Virus record (IMG/VR): IMGVR_UViG_3300010413_000004
Coordinates: 32,001 to 96,000 of that record
Source of the DNA: a virus
DNA length: 64,000 bases
Reading direction: 5' to 3' (one strand)
Below the pieces are notes generated by a model, which had not been told where the DNA came from, did no database searches, and was given only the letters and a program-made list of their open reading frames with translations. How positions within the stretch are numbered: the stretch's first letter is position 1; every line of letters starts with the position of its first letter. Made by a program: the position numbers and the translations under genes. Below, in pieces: positions 9,521 to 21,600 of this stretch.

Positions 9521-10291
9521 ATGACTGTTTCTGAATCTTACTATTACAATAACCAATTACGAAAGTATATGGTTCAGTTTGCTGCTGTGTTTCAAGGTAT
9601 GCAAGTTAAAGTAGGAAAACGCGACACAACTGAACCTCAGTTAATTAATGTTCCTGTTAAGAATGCAAGTTCGGACCGCGTGGTAGCGGCAATCAAAGGT
9701 GACAATACACAAAATAAACCGATTAGATTGCCTCTAATGACATTCCAATTGGCTGGTATTGATCTTGCCCCCGAGATACGAAAAGGTGTCGGTAACACTC
9801 GTCGTAACTCGTACGTCCCTATAGGTGGACTTATTCCAGATGATATCACTGTTGTAGAACAATATATGCCAATTCCATATAGAGCAACTTTTGAATTGGA
9901 AATATGGGCAAGTAACCAAGATCAACATTATCAAATAATGGAACAAATACTCACATTGTTCGATCCTATGTTACAGATACAAACTAGTGATGATGTACTA
10001 GATTGGACCAAACTAACTACAATAGAACTGATAGGCATCGCGTTTAATGAAAATACGCCAGCTGGTACAGATCGCCGCAATATAAGAACAACTTTAACAT
10101 TTTCGGTTCCAATTTATATGTCGACCACAGCTAAGCGCCACACGCAGTTTGTACGAGATATATTTTTACGTATTGGAGCAGTTTCTGCGGATGTTACGAC
10201 GACATATGATGCGATTTCTGACCTTGATACCCAGGGTATTAGCTACGACCACGTATTCGATTTGTCTACATCCCTACCAGATGGCGTATAG
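9521..10291 (+). CDS. Tail sheath stabiliser/terminator (gp15-like)
   Basis: YYYNNQLRKYMVQFAAVF, RLPLM, PIPYRATFELEIW, QIMEQILTLFDP. Confidence 0.88.
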   Translation: MTVSESYYYNNQLRKYMVQFAAVFQGMQVKVGKRDTTEPQLINVPVKNASSDRVVAAIKGDNTQNKPIRLPLMTFQLAGIDLAPEIRKGVGNTRRNSYVPIGGLIPDDITVVEQYMPIPYRATFELEIWASNQDQHYQIMEQILTLFDPMLQIQTSDDVLDWTKLTTIELIGIAFNENTPAGTDRRNIRTTLTFSVPIYMSTTAKRHTQFVRDIFLRIGAVSADVTTTYDAISDLDTQGISYDHVFDLSTSLPDGV

Positions 10292-10351
10292 CAATATTTT
10301 GCTTGATGCGTGAGTAAATGCGGTGTTTTTACACATTTTTAAGGCATTCGC

Positions 10352-10359
10352 TATAAATA
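10352..10359 (+). promoter_or_regulatory. Late promoter TATAAATA
   Basis: Exact consensus upstream of the sheath gene. Confidence 0.85.
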
Positions 10360-10437
10360 ATTGCAGAAGAAAAAAGAATGCCTAATACGCCATGTTCGTG
10401 TGAATTGGCAAGTAACTATTTTTAGTAAGGAGATAAA

Positions 10438-12198
10438 ATGGCAACCTTAGTTTCACCAGGAGTGAGCGTAACAATTACGGACGAGTCGTTTTTTGTTCCA
10501 GCATCAGCTCCTACGGTTCCTTTGATTTTTATCGCAACCGCTGATGAGAAACTTCAGTCAGATGGTATAACGCCAGCTCAAGGTACATACGAATATGATG
10601 TTGTTCGCACTGTAACCTCTCTAAGCCAGAGCACTCAGTTATATGGTGTTCCACGCTTCTTAGAGGACGTAAATGGTCAACAATTCCACGGCGATGCACG
10701 AAACGAGTATGGTCTGTTTGCGTTGAATCAATTCTTGGGAGTTAGTAATCGTGCATATGTTGTGCGCGCTAATGTCAACTTGGACGACGATCTCACAAAC
10801 GTACTATCGTTGTGGGACACCAAAATGCTCCAAGCTCAGACAGTTCTCGAAAATCTAATCAACGATTACATTACTAGCTATAACGCTACACATGGGTTGG
10901 TTGCTGGTGGTTCACCTGCTGCAATCACTACTGTTGATGCGGCAACATATTTGGGCTTAGTAACACAAGCAACACAAGATCTGTTCAATTCGTACTCTTT
11001 CACTTCAATTGAAACGTACTTCTATGATGATCAGAGTCTTGCACCGCTTCCAATATATGCTAGTGGTTATAATTTACCATCCACTGGTTTGTATAATGGT
11101 CTAACATACATTGCCAACAACATCGGCGGCTCTCCATCATATCCAGGTGGCGGTACTGTAGCAGGGGAGTTTACGCCTACTGAAGGTGGCAACTTGTTAG
11201 TAGCCGCAGCTGATGATTTCAAGTACACTGTTGAATTTATGACAGGAACTAGCCTTGGTGCAAGTGATTCTGTTCGTAGAGCTGCAATTGTGACAGCTTT
11301 GAAAGCAGCAATTACAAGCAACACAGAAGTGCGTTCTGACAACTTTGATTATAACTTAGTACTATGTCCAGGTTATCCAGAAGTTGTTAGTGAATTGGCA
11401 GCTTTGGTAACAGACATTAATGAAGAAGCATTGATCGTTGCTGATACACCAATGAATCTGAATCCAGATGGTATCACAAATCCAACAACGGGTTGGGCTG
11501 TTTCTGCAGAGCGTGTGATCTCTTCAAACGTCGCATATTACTACCCATCTGCACTAGCTACCAACTTAGATGGTAAGGATGTTACAGTTGCTGCAAGTGG
11601 TGTTGCATTGCGCACGTATGCTTACAACGATAATGTTGCATTCTTGTGGACTCCACCAGCAGGTACACGTCGTGGACGAATCACTGGAATTTCAAATCTT
11701 GGTTATGTTAGTGGAACGTTGGGTACTGCAACAACATTTGTTGAGTTGAACATCAACCAAGGTCAGAAAGATGCATTGTATACTTACTCTGCATCTGGTG
11801 GTATTAACCCTCTGATGAATATTCAAGGGTATGGTTTTGTTGTAATGGGCCAAAAAACGTCCACAGGCCTAACTGCAAGTGCTGTTGATCGTGTTAACGT
11901 GTCACGTTTAACCAAATATGTTAAACGTCAGCTTCGTAGATACACACTACCATTCGTGTTCGAACCAAACGATTCACTCACTCGTGCAAATCTGAAGGCT
12001 GTCGTAGACAACTTCTTGGGCGACTTAATCGTTAAGCGTGGTTTGTACGACTTCGCCACAATATGTGATGATTCAAACAACGATCCAGCTAGAATCGATC
12101 GAAATGAGTTGTATATTGATGTAATCATTAAGCCTGTCAAGGCCGCTGAATTCATCTACATTCCAATTCGAATAGTTTCGACTGGAGCATCAATCTAA
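10438..12198 (+). CDS. Tail sheath protein (gp18-like)
   Basis: LVSPGVSVTITDES N-terminus; WTPPAGTRRG, DRVNVSRL, FEPND, IKPVKAAEFIYI. Confidence 0.96.
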   Translation: MATLVSPGVSVTITDESFFVPASAPTVPLIFIATADEKLQSDGITPAQGTYEYDVVRTVTSLSQSTQLYGVPRFLEDVNGQQFHGDARNEYGLFALNQFLGVSNRAYVVRANVNLDDDLTNVLSLWDTKMLQAQTVLENLINDYITSYNATHGLVAGGSPAAITTVDAATYLGLVTQATQDLFNSYSFTSIETYFYDDQSLAPLPIYASGYNLPSTGLYNGLTYIANNIGGSPSYPGGGTVAGEFTPTEGGNLLVAAADDFKYTVEFMTGTSLGASDSVRRAAIVTALKAAITSNTEVRSDNFDYNLVLCPGYPEVVSELAALVTDINEEALIVADTPMNLNPDGITNPTTGWAVSAERVISSNVAYYYPSALATNLDGKDVTVAASGVALRTYAYNDNVAFLWTPPAGTRRGRITGISNLGYVSGTLGTATTFVELNINQGQKDALYTYSASGGINPLMNIQGYGFVVMGQKTSTGLTASAVDRVNVSRLTKYVKRQLRRYTLPFVFEPNDSLTRANLKAVVDNFLGDLIVKRGLYDFATICDDSNNDPARIDRNELYIDVIIKPVKAAEFIYIPIRIVSTGASI

Positions 12199-12223
12199 AA
12201 AAGGGGCCTTGAGCCCCTTTTTT
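12197..12223. terminator. Bidirectional terminator
   Basis: A6-GGGGC-CTTGA-GCCCC-T6. Confidence 0.9.
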
Positions 12224-12265
12224 ATTATCTGTCCTTCTCTCCCTTCTTTTGTAGCGTGTCCCGAC

Positions 12266-12273
12266 CATAAATA
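12266..12273 (+). promoter_or_regulatory. Late promoter CATAAATA
   Basis: Upstream of the GAGG RBS of the wedge gene. Confidence 0.7.
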
Positions 12274-12304
12274 GTACAAAACAGCAATGAGGTAATGATA
12301 ATAT

Positions 12305-15300
12305 ATGGCACGCCAAATATCAAGAGCAGAAGCGTGGGAACGTGCCCACGAAGTGTTCACCCGAATAAACTTCAACTCATTTGATTATGATACAATCAAA
12401 GAGAGTTTGATTGATTACACCAAACTATACTTCGCAGAAGATTTCAACGACTACATTGAAAGTTCGGAATTTATCGCAATTCTAGAACTGTTTGCATATG
12501 TTGGTGAACTTTTAGCTTATCGGTTAGACCTCAACGCTCACGAAAACCTCATTACTGCTGCTCAACGTAAAGAGTCCATTTTACGTCTGGTTACGTTTAT
12601 TTCCTACAAAGCGACTAGAAACATTCCTGCAAGGGGGCTAGTAAAGATAACATCGATTCATACTTCTGAAAGTATTACCGATTCGCAAGGAAAGATATTA
12701 ACAAACAAGCAGATACTGTGGAACGATAGCAATAATCCTAACTGGAAAGAGCAATTTCTATTAGTGATGAATCGTGTTCTAGAACAAGATTTTGGTACTG
12801 TTACACCAAATGAACGCGTTCAGGTTGACGATGTATTATTCGAGTTATATAGCTTAAACAACTCTCCTCTCACAACTGGTGGTCCATCCGTTGTTAAATA
12901 TAACGCGACTGTAAATGGAACATCATATCCAATGGAGTTGACACCTGTTAGCTTAACTAGTGATGGACCAGAAGAGAAACGGCCAGAGCGTAATGCAAAA
13001 CTATCTTTATTGTATGGTTCGGATGGACTCGGCGATGGCTCCGATACCACTGGATTCTTTCTTTTTACAAAACAAGGAACGCTTCGGGTACAAGAAGCTG
13101 CGTTTGATGGAATTACACCAAACCAGACATACAACATTGCAATTGACAACATCAACGAAACAGATGTGTGGCTCAACAATGTCGATCCTGATACAAGAGC
13201 TATAATTGAACAAGATATTCGTCAACAGTTGTTACCTCACCTTTCATATGGTGAAACTCGTTTTGGCGAGTGGGTAGAGGTTGATGTTGCAAATGCTCAA
13301 AATATTATCTTCAACACAAACAAAAACCGTCACAAGTATGAAGTAGAAACTCTTGATAATGACAACATCAACTTAATATTTGGTGATGGGGAGTTTTCGG
13401 ATATTCCTGCAGGCTCTTTCGATGTATGGTATCGTACTTCAGCAAATGAAGAATTAGTAATTCCAAAAGTGTCTGTGGCAGATCAATCTGCCTCCTTCTC
13501 ATATATTGATGCTACGGGGTCAACACAAACACTTACATTTACTTTCTCACTAATCAATTCTCTTCAAAACGCCTCACCATCAGAAGACATTGAACACATC
13601 AGACGTGTTGCTCCATCCGTTTACTATACGCAAGATCGAATGGTTAATGGACGTGATTATAACACGTTTATGTTACAAGATCCTTCGATCTTGAAAATGA
13701 GAACAATTAACCGAACGTTTGCGGGTGACTCTAAGTATATTGCTTGGCACGATCCGAAAGAGTACTATGAAGATGTGAAAATCTTTGGAGATGATTTAGC
13801 ATTGTATTGGGCAGAAAACGATCCAACGAGTGGCAATACGGTAACTATCAGTACTGCAGCCACAGCTGAAGAAGTACTCAACAATTATATTGAACCTTTG
13901 TTGTGTAGCACAGATTTCTTCGCTGTAATTGGTCCTAAATTGGAACAGTTGCAAATCAATCCGTCGGACATGAGATGTACATTCAATACTGAAAATGTGC
14001 CTTATTCGTTTGATCCGACTTCAAACGAAACAAGTGCAATCACAGCTGCTTTAAACACTGCGATGGTGGCAACACCGTCATTCGACCTTTATTATTCTGC
14101 AATTTATGATGAATGGACTGTATCGTGGTCATCATCGGGACACCCTTGTGACAATGAGTCTTCCCTTCCACCATATGGATCGCCAGTCATTTCTGGATGT
14201 ACGAAAGGACCAGCTGAGTCGACATGGATGGCACGTATAACAGCACAATTCTCTGGTGGAAGTAGCACGATATCGGGTTGGTTGGTTCAGTGGAGAACTA
14301 GACGCTTAATTGTTCATAGTGAGACCACAAATTTCTGGAATACAAATGACACTAGCCGTGTTATCAATTACGATACATTAGATTCAATTGCTGATACAGT
14401 TGTTGTATTGAAAGCAAACACAACTGCTGCTGGAACTGGAATCTTGGCTGCTAATCACAACTTTAGTGTTTTGGGTCAAGAATTGATTGAGCAAAATTTA
14501 GCTAGTGCTGGCCTTCCTGACACTCACAAACTATCAGTATTGCCCGAAGATGTGAATCAGGATGGAATAGCTGATAATTTAAGTCAGCCATCTTTGATGC
14601 AAACGACATATGATAATTCTCCAGGTTCATTCACTATTGATGGAACTGGATATATCTTGACATTACCAGATAGTCGTACTATCGTTCAAGCATTAGATAG
14701 TGATATGAACAAAGAGCTTGAAGTGTATATTGATGGTGTTCGATACAAGTTTGGTGATGGGTTGAGTGTTCCAACGACTGATATAATTGCTACTCAGGTT
14801 CAATGTACCACAAGCTTTTCAACAGCGACGAATATTGTGTTGATTTTCAACGAGCAAACATATCAAATGTTTGACACTGATCATTGGATTCCAATCGATC
14901 CAACTGATGGTAACAGAACACTATGGGCCGTAGATGCCGCTGATGGCATACAGGGAACATATCGTCGTTTTGCGGGACGATATCCATTGAACTTTGCATG
15001 GATGCACACCACACCAAATCTTCATCTTGTGGATCCAGCAGCTTCAAACATTCATGATATGTTTATCATTACTCGTGGATATTATACGTCTCTTCGTCGA
15101 TACCTTGAAAACAAGTCAGATATTGAACCAACACCTCCAACACCACGCGAATTGCGTTCTTCATACTCCACATTGTTGGAAAATAAGATGTTCTCAGATA
15201 CTGTGGTCCTCCATCCAGGCAAATTTAAAACGATCTTTGGTCCACGTTCTGTTCCTGAACTAAGAGCAACATTCAAGGTGATTCGACCACAGACGTCAAA

Positions 15301-15595
15301 TTTGACGGATAATGAGGTCAAAGTTCGAATAGTTTCTGTTATTCGTTCATTCTTTGATATTGATTCTTGGGAATTTGGCGAGACGTTCTATTTTACAGAG
15401 ATGGCAGCTTCAATCCACGCAAATCTTGGTCCAGAAATTGATTCAATAGTTATTGTACCTACCAACTCACAGAATCATTTTGGAGCTCTGTTTGAAGTTG
15501 AGGCCCGCGAAGATGAAGTCTTTATGCCTGACATCAATACATCTGATATTCAAATAGTACAATCGTATACATCTGAAGGAATTCGCCAAACCTAA
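12305..15595 (+). CDS. Baseplate wedge protein (gp6-like)
   Basis: FDYDTIKESL, FNDYIESS, TAAQRKESILRL, IFGDGEFSDIP, EDIEHIRRVAPSVYYTQDRMV. Confidence 0.88.
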   Translation: MARQISRAEAWERAHEVFTRINFNSFDYDTIKESLIDYTKLYFAEDFNDYIESSEFIAILELFAYVGELLAYRLDLNAHENLITAAQRKESILRLVTFISYKATRNIPARGLVKITSIHTSESITDSQGKILTNKQILWNDSNNPNWKEQFLLVMNRVLEQDFGTVTPNERVQVDDVLFELYSLNNSPLTTGGPSVVKYNATVNGTSYPMELTPVSLTSDGPEEKRPERNAKLSLLYGSDGLGDGSDTTGFFLFTKQGTLRVQEAAFDGITPNQTYNIAIDNINETDVWLNNVDPDTRAIIEQDIRQQLLPHLSYGETRFGEWVEVDVANAQNIIFNTNKNRHKYEVETLDNDNINLIFGDGEFSDIPAGSFDVWYRTSANEELVIPKVSVADQSASFSYIDATGSTQTLTFTFSLINSLQNASPSEDIEHIRRVAPSVYYTQDRMVNGRDYNTFMLQDPSILKMRTINRTFAGDSKYIAWHDPKEYYEDVKIFGDDLALYWAENDPTSGNTVTISTAATAEEVLNNYIEPLLCSTDFFAVIGPKLEQLQINPSDMRCTFNTENVPYSFDPTSNETSAITAALNTAMVATPSFDLYYSAIYDEWTVSWSSSGHPCDNESSLPPYGSPVISGCTKGPAESTWMARITAQFSGGSSTISGWLVQWRTRRLIVHSETTNFWNTNDTSRVINYDTLDSIADTVVVLKANTTAAGTGILAANHNFSVLGQELIEQNLASAGLPDTHKLSVLPEDVNQDGIADNLSQPSLMQTTYDNSPGSFTIDGTGYILTLPDSRTIVQALDSDMNKELEVYIDGVRYKFGDGLSVPTTDIIATQVQCTTSFSTATNIVLIFNEQTYQMFDTDHWIPIDPTDGNRTLWAVDAADGIQGTYRRFAGRYPLNFAWMHTTPNLHLVDPAASNIHDMFIITRGYYTSLRRYLENKSDIEPTPPTPRELRSSYSTLLENKMFSDTVVLHPGKFKTIFGPRSVPELRATFKVIRPQTSNLTDNEVKVRIVSVIRSFFDIDSWEFGETFYFTEMAASIHANLGPEIDSIVIVPTNSQNHFGALFEVEAREDEVFMPDINTSDIQIVQSYTSEGIRQT

Positions 15596-15624
15596 AGCCT
15601 GTGTTTTTCCGCATGGTACCCTTT

Positions 15625-15632
15625 AATAAATA
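15625..15632 (+). promoter_or_regulatory. Late promoter AATAAATA
   Basis: Upstream of the GGAG RBS and GTG start of the giant gene. Confidence 0.65.
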
Positions 15633-15658
15633 AAGTGGTAACGTCGGAGAAATAAACA

Positions 15659-18600
15659 GTGTCAAGTAGAAACGATAATTCAGATTACACCAAAAAAAGT
15701 ACGAACTTATTTGATCTTTTGCCGGAAGTGTACCATTCGGACACTTCTAAGGCTATCTTTTCGAATTTATTCAACAGATTCTTAACAAAACAAGAAGTTC
15801 AAAAAGTCGCTGGTTATATTGGTGAAGGAAATCCAAATGCCTTGATCAAGCGTCAGATCGTTGAACCGACGTTACAACGTCAGACAAATCAACTTCAGCC
15901 AATCATGCACACGAAGATTGGTTCTATCGACCACATGGCATCATGGGAAGATATTCAACGTGAATTGTCAAGATTGGGTGTCAATATTGATGATATTGAT
16001 AAGTGGGGAGAGCTACTTCAGTTTAACTGGGTACCACCCATCGACATTGACAAATTAATTCATTTTGAAGATTACTATTGGTACGATGAAGCAACACCAA
16101 ATTCCAGACCTCAATATATCACTATTCGTAGTCGTTGTACTGTAGCGAAAGCAAATGTCAACTTCTGGCAGAAGTTGGTTGACCAATACGGTAGCACATT
16201 CCCAATTATTGATGTACAACGTACTGATGTTTTGCCATCTACCTCTTACCCAATCGTAGATATTGTGGCTGTTACAGATACTATTACGGTTCAAGGAGAT
16301 GTTACTGGATCGTTTGCATACGGTACGTTTTTCAAAGTATCTGGTACTGTAAGCAATAATACTACATTCCAAGTGTCAGGATCGCCAACGTACGATAGTG
16401 TAAATGATAGCACTCAAATTCCTGTCGCTACAGGGTCCATTGTGGCTGATGAAACGTTGGTTGGAACTGCAACAATAACACTTTATGACAAGATAGTAGT
16501 TGAAGGTAATTATGTATCACTCTTCAGTGAAGGATTTGTTTTCTTCGTAGCTGATTCTGATAACCAAGACTTAGGCGGATCGTTCGTTGAAGTTTCTTCC
16601 TCCTCTTATAGTAGCAGCGCAGATTCAACTACAATTGTAATTACACAAACGTTTACGGACACTACGATCAGTGGGAATGCTTCTCTTGATGAACAGCTGA
16701 GCTTATATTTAGCTGATCGAGATTGTCGTTGCTTAGGATCTGTTGGATGGGACTTGCTTCCATGGGACGACAATCCTTCTTCCCCACTGTGGGGTGGAGA
16801 TGCTCCAGGTGAGCATTATACTTTCCTACAAGCAATATCTCAAGCATCTGCGCCCTCGGGTGCACCAACAAATCAATGGGATTTGTGGTACGATACGACG
16901 ACTGATATACTTTATCAATACAATGATTCATCTGTGTGGGAACAGATATGGAATCGATTCTCACTTATTCTAGAGAAGACAGAAGGTCTAGCACTCTGGG
17001 ATCTTACGACAGGGTGTGGTACTGGAACAAAAATTCCAGCAGCTGAACAATGGACAACTCAAAATCATTGGATACACAAGTCTGATGTTACAAACTTCGC
17101 TGTTGCTAAACAAGCACAATTTCCAATCATTGAATATGATTGGGATTTGGAATTGAATGAGTGGACTTACACCGATTATAGATGGAAATATCGTGCTACA
17201 ACTTTCACTCAATGGAGTGAAGTCGATAATCAACCAAGTATCATGGAACTCACCCCTCTTGACCATTGGGAACTCGATTCTGGTACTGACGAAATTGTTT
17301 TGGATGAACGGTATGGTGATTTAACAGGATTGTTCGTTCCTGGCTTTGTTTTCCAAGCAGGTACAAATGAAGCATTTACAGTTGACCATTCTACTTTTGT
17401 CGCTCCAACAACAGGATTAGCTTATCAAACTCGGATAACGATCACAGTACCAACAAGCACAACAGCGTTATCTAGTGGTAACATTTTGCAAGAGGTAGTA
17501 AGTTCTACGCCACTGCAACCTATAACTACAGCACAAGGTGATGCTTGGTTGGGATATGGACAACACTGGGTGTTCACTGGAGCATTAAATACGCTTCCAA
17601 TAACACACCAACCAATTAATCCTTTTGTTGAGCTTCCTGTTGATGCCCAAATGACATTACCAGTTGCTTCTGTAAATCTAACTGGTGGAGCAGGAGTTAA
17701 CTACTTTGAAGTTGAAGGTAAGGTTGATAAATTGTTTACTAGTGGTACGACCTTCACCATTGAGAATTCTGCAGCAAATAATGCCACTTATACCGTAGTT
17801 GGTACTGGATCTACATATAGTGATCCTTTAGGATCACCAGCAGGTACAGGATACACTACAATTCCTGTTGCCGAAGTTATTCCTTCAAATACAGCTCCTT
17901 TAGGTGATATTCTAGCTTCAGCTGTGTTTGTTGACGTATCAGGCGATTTTGATTATAGTGTTGGATATTATGCACAAACATATACTATCCAATCAACCTC
18001 ACCCGTATACACCCTGAACCTTTCAGATGTTATATTACCGGGTTCTCGTCGCTCTCTTCGCAACCGTGCTCTTATTGGGTATGACGATGTTCGTGTATAC
18101 ATTAACAACATTCGCCAATATGGTTCTTATGATGAACTAACAATCGACGGAACGTACGTATCAGGAATTCAATTCTTGAGTGGATACGAGCCAAACAGAT
18201 TTGATGTAGTTCGTATTGAAGTTGGTGAAGCGTCGATTGATGAATTAGGTTTATACAGCATTCCTGTACGAATGGTTGAGGATGATGCTCAGTATTTGAT
18301 CGATGGTAACGTAACAGTAAGTTTGATCCGCTACAAGAAAGCAGAGCAAGTTAAAACCAGCGTAAATCAATATCCACAATTCGACATTTATCACGTCACG
18401 GGGTTGCCAAAATATGATGCTAATCCAATTTTTGGATATAGAACTAGTCCAGATGCTGCTGTTAACGTAGCTATCGGTCAGCGCACTGTATATGATAGCA
18501 CCACTCGTAATTACGAGTTTGATCAGTTCTTGCTGGAGGAAGATGATGGTACATTATATGCGTACCGTGACTACTCCAACATAATACCAACATATTGGTT

Positions 18601-21600
18601 TAACACGCTAACACAACAACTATTATTCTGGACTGGAACGACATGGTCTTCCAAAAAAGAGATTTCAGGTTACTACCTCCCAGCATATGTGAGTGATATT
18701 GAGCCAAGTAACTTTTACTTGAACGTAGATGGTGCTTATTGGTTCGATACGCTAAATCAAATTCTATGGAAGCGTAATGTAGCTTTGGGCGAATGGGATG
18801 TAATAACGAGTGTCGTGATTGCAGCATCTGACACATCTCTGCAAACAATATGGAAAAAAGGTCTTAATGATGAGACGTATGTTCCAGCAAAGGTTGACTG
18901 GGAAGGACGAACAGAAATTGAATATGATGCAGCTCAAACTGCATATGTCACCACACGTGCTGCCGAAATTGTAACTCAAAGTAATGCTACTACTGCTGAA
19001 GCTAATGCACAAGCATTAGATGAGTGGTATCAGAAACAATCAAATGTTCACTCTCCAACAGGAGTGTGGGTTGGTGATTGGGAACTACCAGACCCAATGT
19101 ATTATAATGTGCTTAATGAAAACAGAAAGTACTTAGATACTAGACAATTGATAACTCACTTCAGCAGCATCATACAAGAACAGCCTACCATACCAGGATA
19201 CGTTGGAACTAAAGAAAGCATGTTCCATTTGATCTCAAACCAAAATATTAACTATGGATTGGGCGGAAAAATCAAACAATACAATAAGAGTTTTGACACT
19301 TTATTGTCTGCTATCTTTGTCGACACTGTTACACCACTGTCTGTTATTGATTTTGCTCACGACTTGTATGATTCTTCGTTGACGCAACTCAAAGAGATTT
19401 ATCGTAAGCATGCTATCAGTCTTCTAACTTCATACGATCAGCAGGCATTGAGTGACTTGTCTCTGTATATTGCAAATGAAGTTATAACACAATATGAGCA
19501 AGATGATAACAACGCATTCGTATTTGGTGATTCTACAACCTTCACAGAAGTAATTGGTGGTACTGATTTAGGAATTCGCAACTGGATTGCAACTTTGCCT
19601 TATCTCAGACTCACTGATGTGCACATGCCTGAATTCTTAGTTGATGAACTGATCGACTTGATTGAAATTGTTCACCATGATGGCCATCGTGCACAATACA
19701 AATTGACAGATGCAACCCTCGAAGGTATTATCCATGAGCTTGTTGGTACAGGCGATCCAAGAACGTCGTTCCCAACTCCATCCGATGCACCATTGGATAC
19801 GTTTGGTCGTACACAAAACTATCTTCCGCCAAACACGATTGATGAATTTGAAACTGAATTCAGCACAGTAATATCTAACCGTGAAGGTGTGTTCTGGTAC
19901 TTCGTTAACCAAACTACTCGAACCCTATATCGCCTGAACTTGGTAAGCATTGGTACTACTGCACCGCTGCTTAGTGATTATGCTGATGGTGCACTGTGGT
20001 TGGATATGACAGCTGGCGCCGAAGTATTACGCATTAAAGTAACGAGTGCTACAACTGGAGTATCCATATGGGAAGTTGTCGATGGTCTAACACCTGGAGA
20101 TAAGAGACTTCACAATGGTACAGATTCAAATGATGTTACCACATCAACCATTTCCGCATGGCAGCCACTTAGTTTAAATGTTATTCTTGGCAAAATTATC
20201 TATGAAGCTGAGCATCGCTTGTATGAAAATGCACCTGATGTTACACCTCTACGTTATGATGTAAGCAACACAGAAACGAAGTATCCTACAACGTACGACC
20301 AGTACATGTACGAAGCATTTTTGGATTATGCTACTCAGCATAGTATTGAGTTCCCATTTGCGAACACATCATACTCTTCGTCTGATCCATTCACGTGGAA
20401 CTACAAATTCTCCACAATTGGACATGGATTCCAGATTGTTGAAGCTGATAGTGCAACAAATTCATTTATCGTAACTGGCGATGCTACATCGTTGTTAGAT
20501 CCTTGTACGTCTGACTCTAGCTGTCCATCTGTAGTAGCGTTTTATATTAAGAACTCTTCTGTCAATAGCGGAACTTGGACCACAATATCATCTACGGCAC
20601 TAGTTCCAGCTACAGTGTATGATGCTGTTAATAACACAACAACTGTCTACGTACAAGAAACAGTGACAAATGATAATGAAGGAATTGTTTACGTTGGTAC
20701 CCTTCCAAGTTCAATAAACGATGGCTCTGAATCTGGTGGCGATTGGAGAGATCTATACGCTAAGTTATATGGTACTCCGTATCCACATCTTGAACCATGG
20801 GCTTTGCAAGGATATATAACGAAGCCTAGTTGGTGGGATGCTCAATACTTGAATGATGATTCTAATAAGTGGGGCGATCGTACGTGGAAATACAAACATG
20901 GATTTGAATTGGTATCGACAAATGCCACAGAAGACTATATTGAGATTTTGGGAGACTTCAGAGAAGTATTCGCACCAACTCTAACAGTCCCTGCAGAGAT
21001 GACAGGAAGTCCAAGTTCCTTCACTTTTACAGCAACGACTACAGATACCATCACTGGTGTTACGATCGGTGGTGTTGGAACGGCTGTATTGAATGTAAGT
21101 GGAAACGTTACTAACAAATATGCAGTGGGCCGTAAACTGTCTGTGGTATCTTCATCGAATACAGTAACGAAGTTGGTAACCGTTAAGAGTAGAAGTTTCT
21201 CGTCCACTCTAAACACAACTTACATTGTTGTTGAAGAAGCAATCGATTCTTCAACTGGAATTGATTTCGTTGGTACAATTTACGATCCTACAACAAATCG
21301 CCTACGTGTAGATGTTACACAAAACCTAACAACGTCAGGTTGGACAGGTCGAGTATTAATCGCATATGGTATGTGGGAAAATATTCGTGTCGGTATTATC
21401 CCAGCAGGAGAAACTTATTCCAATGGTATAACGAGCATCACTGGTAATCCTGCAACCGATAGTGCAACGTATAATCTACCAGTACCAATAATTCCAACTT
21501 ATAATTACTTCAGTGTTAATGTGAGTAATGGCTCAGTGAGTTCTGATGGTGGTACAACAATATATTATTCAGATGATGTTCTTCCTCCTTACTGGGACTA

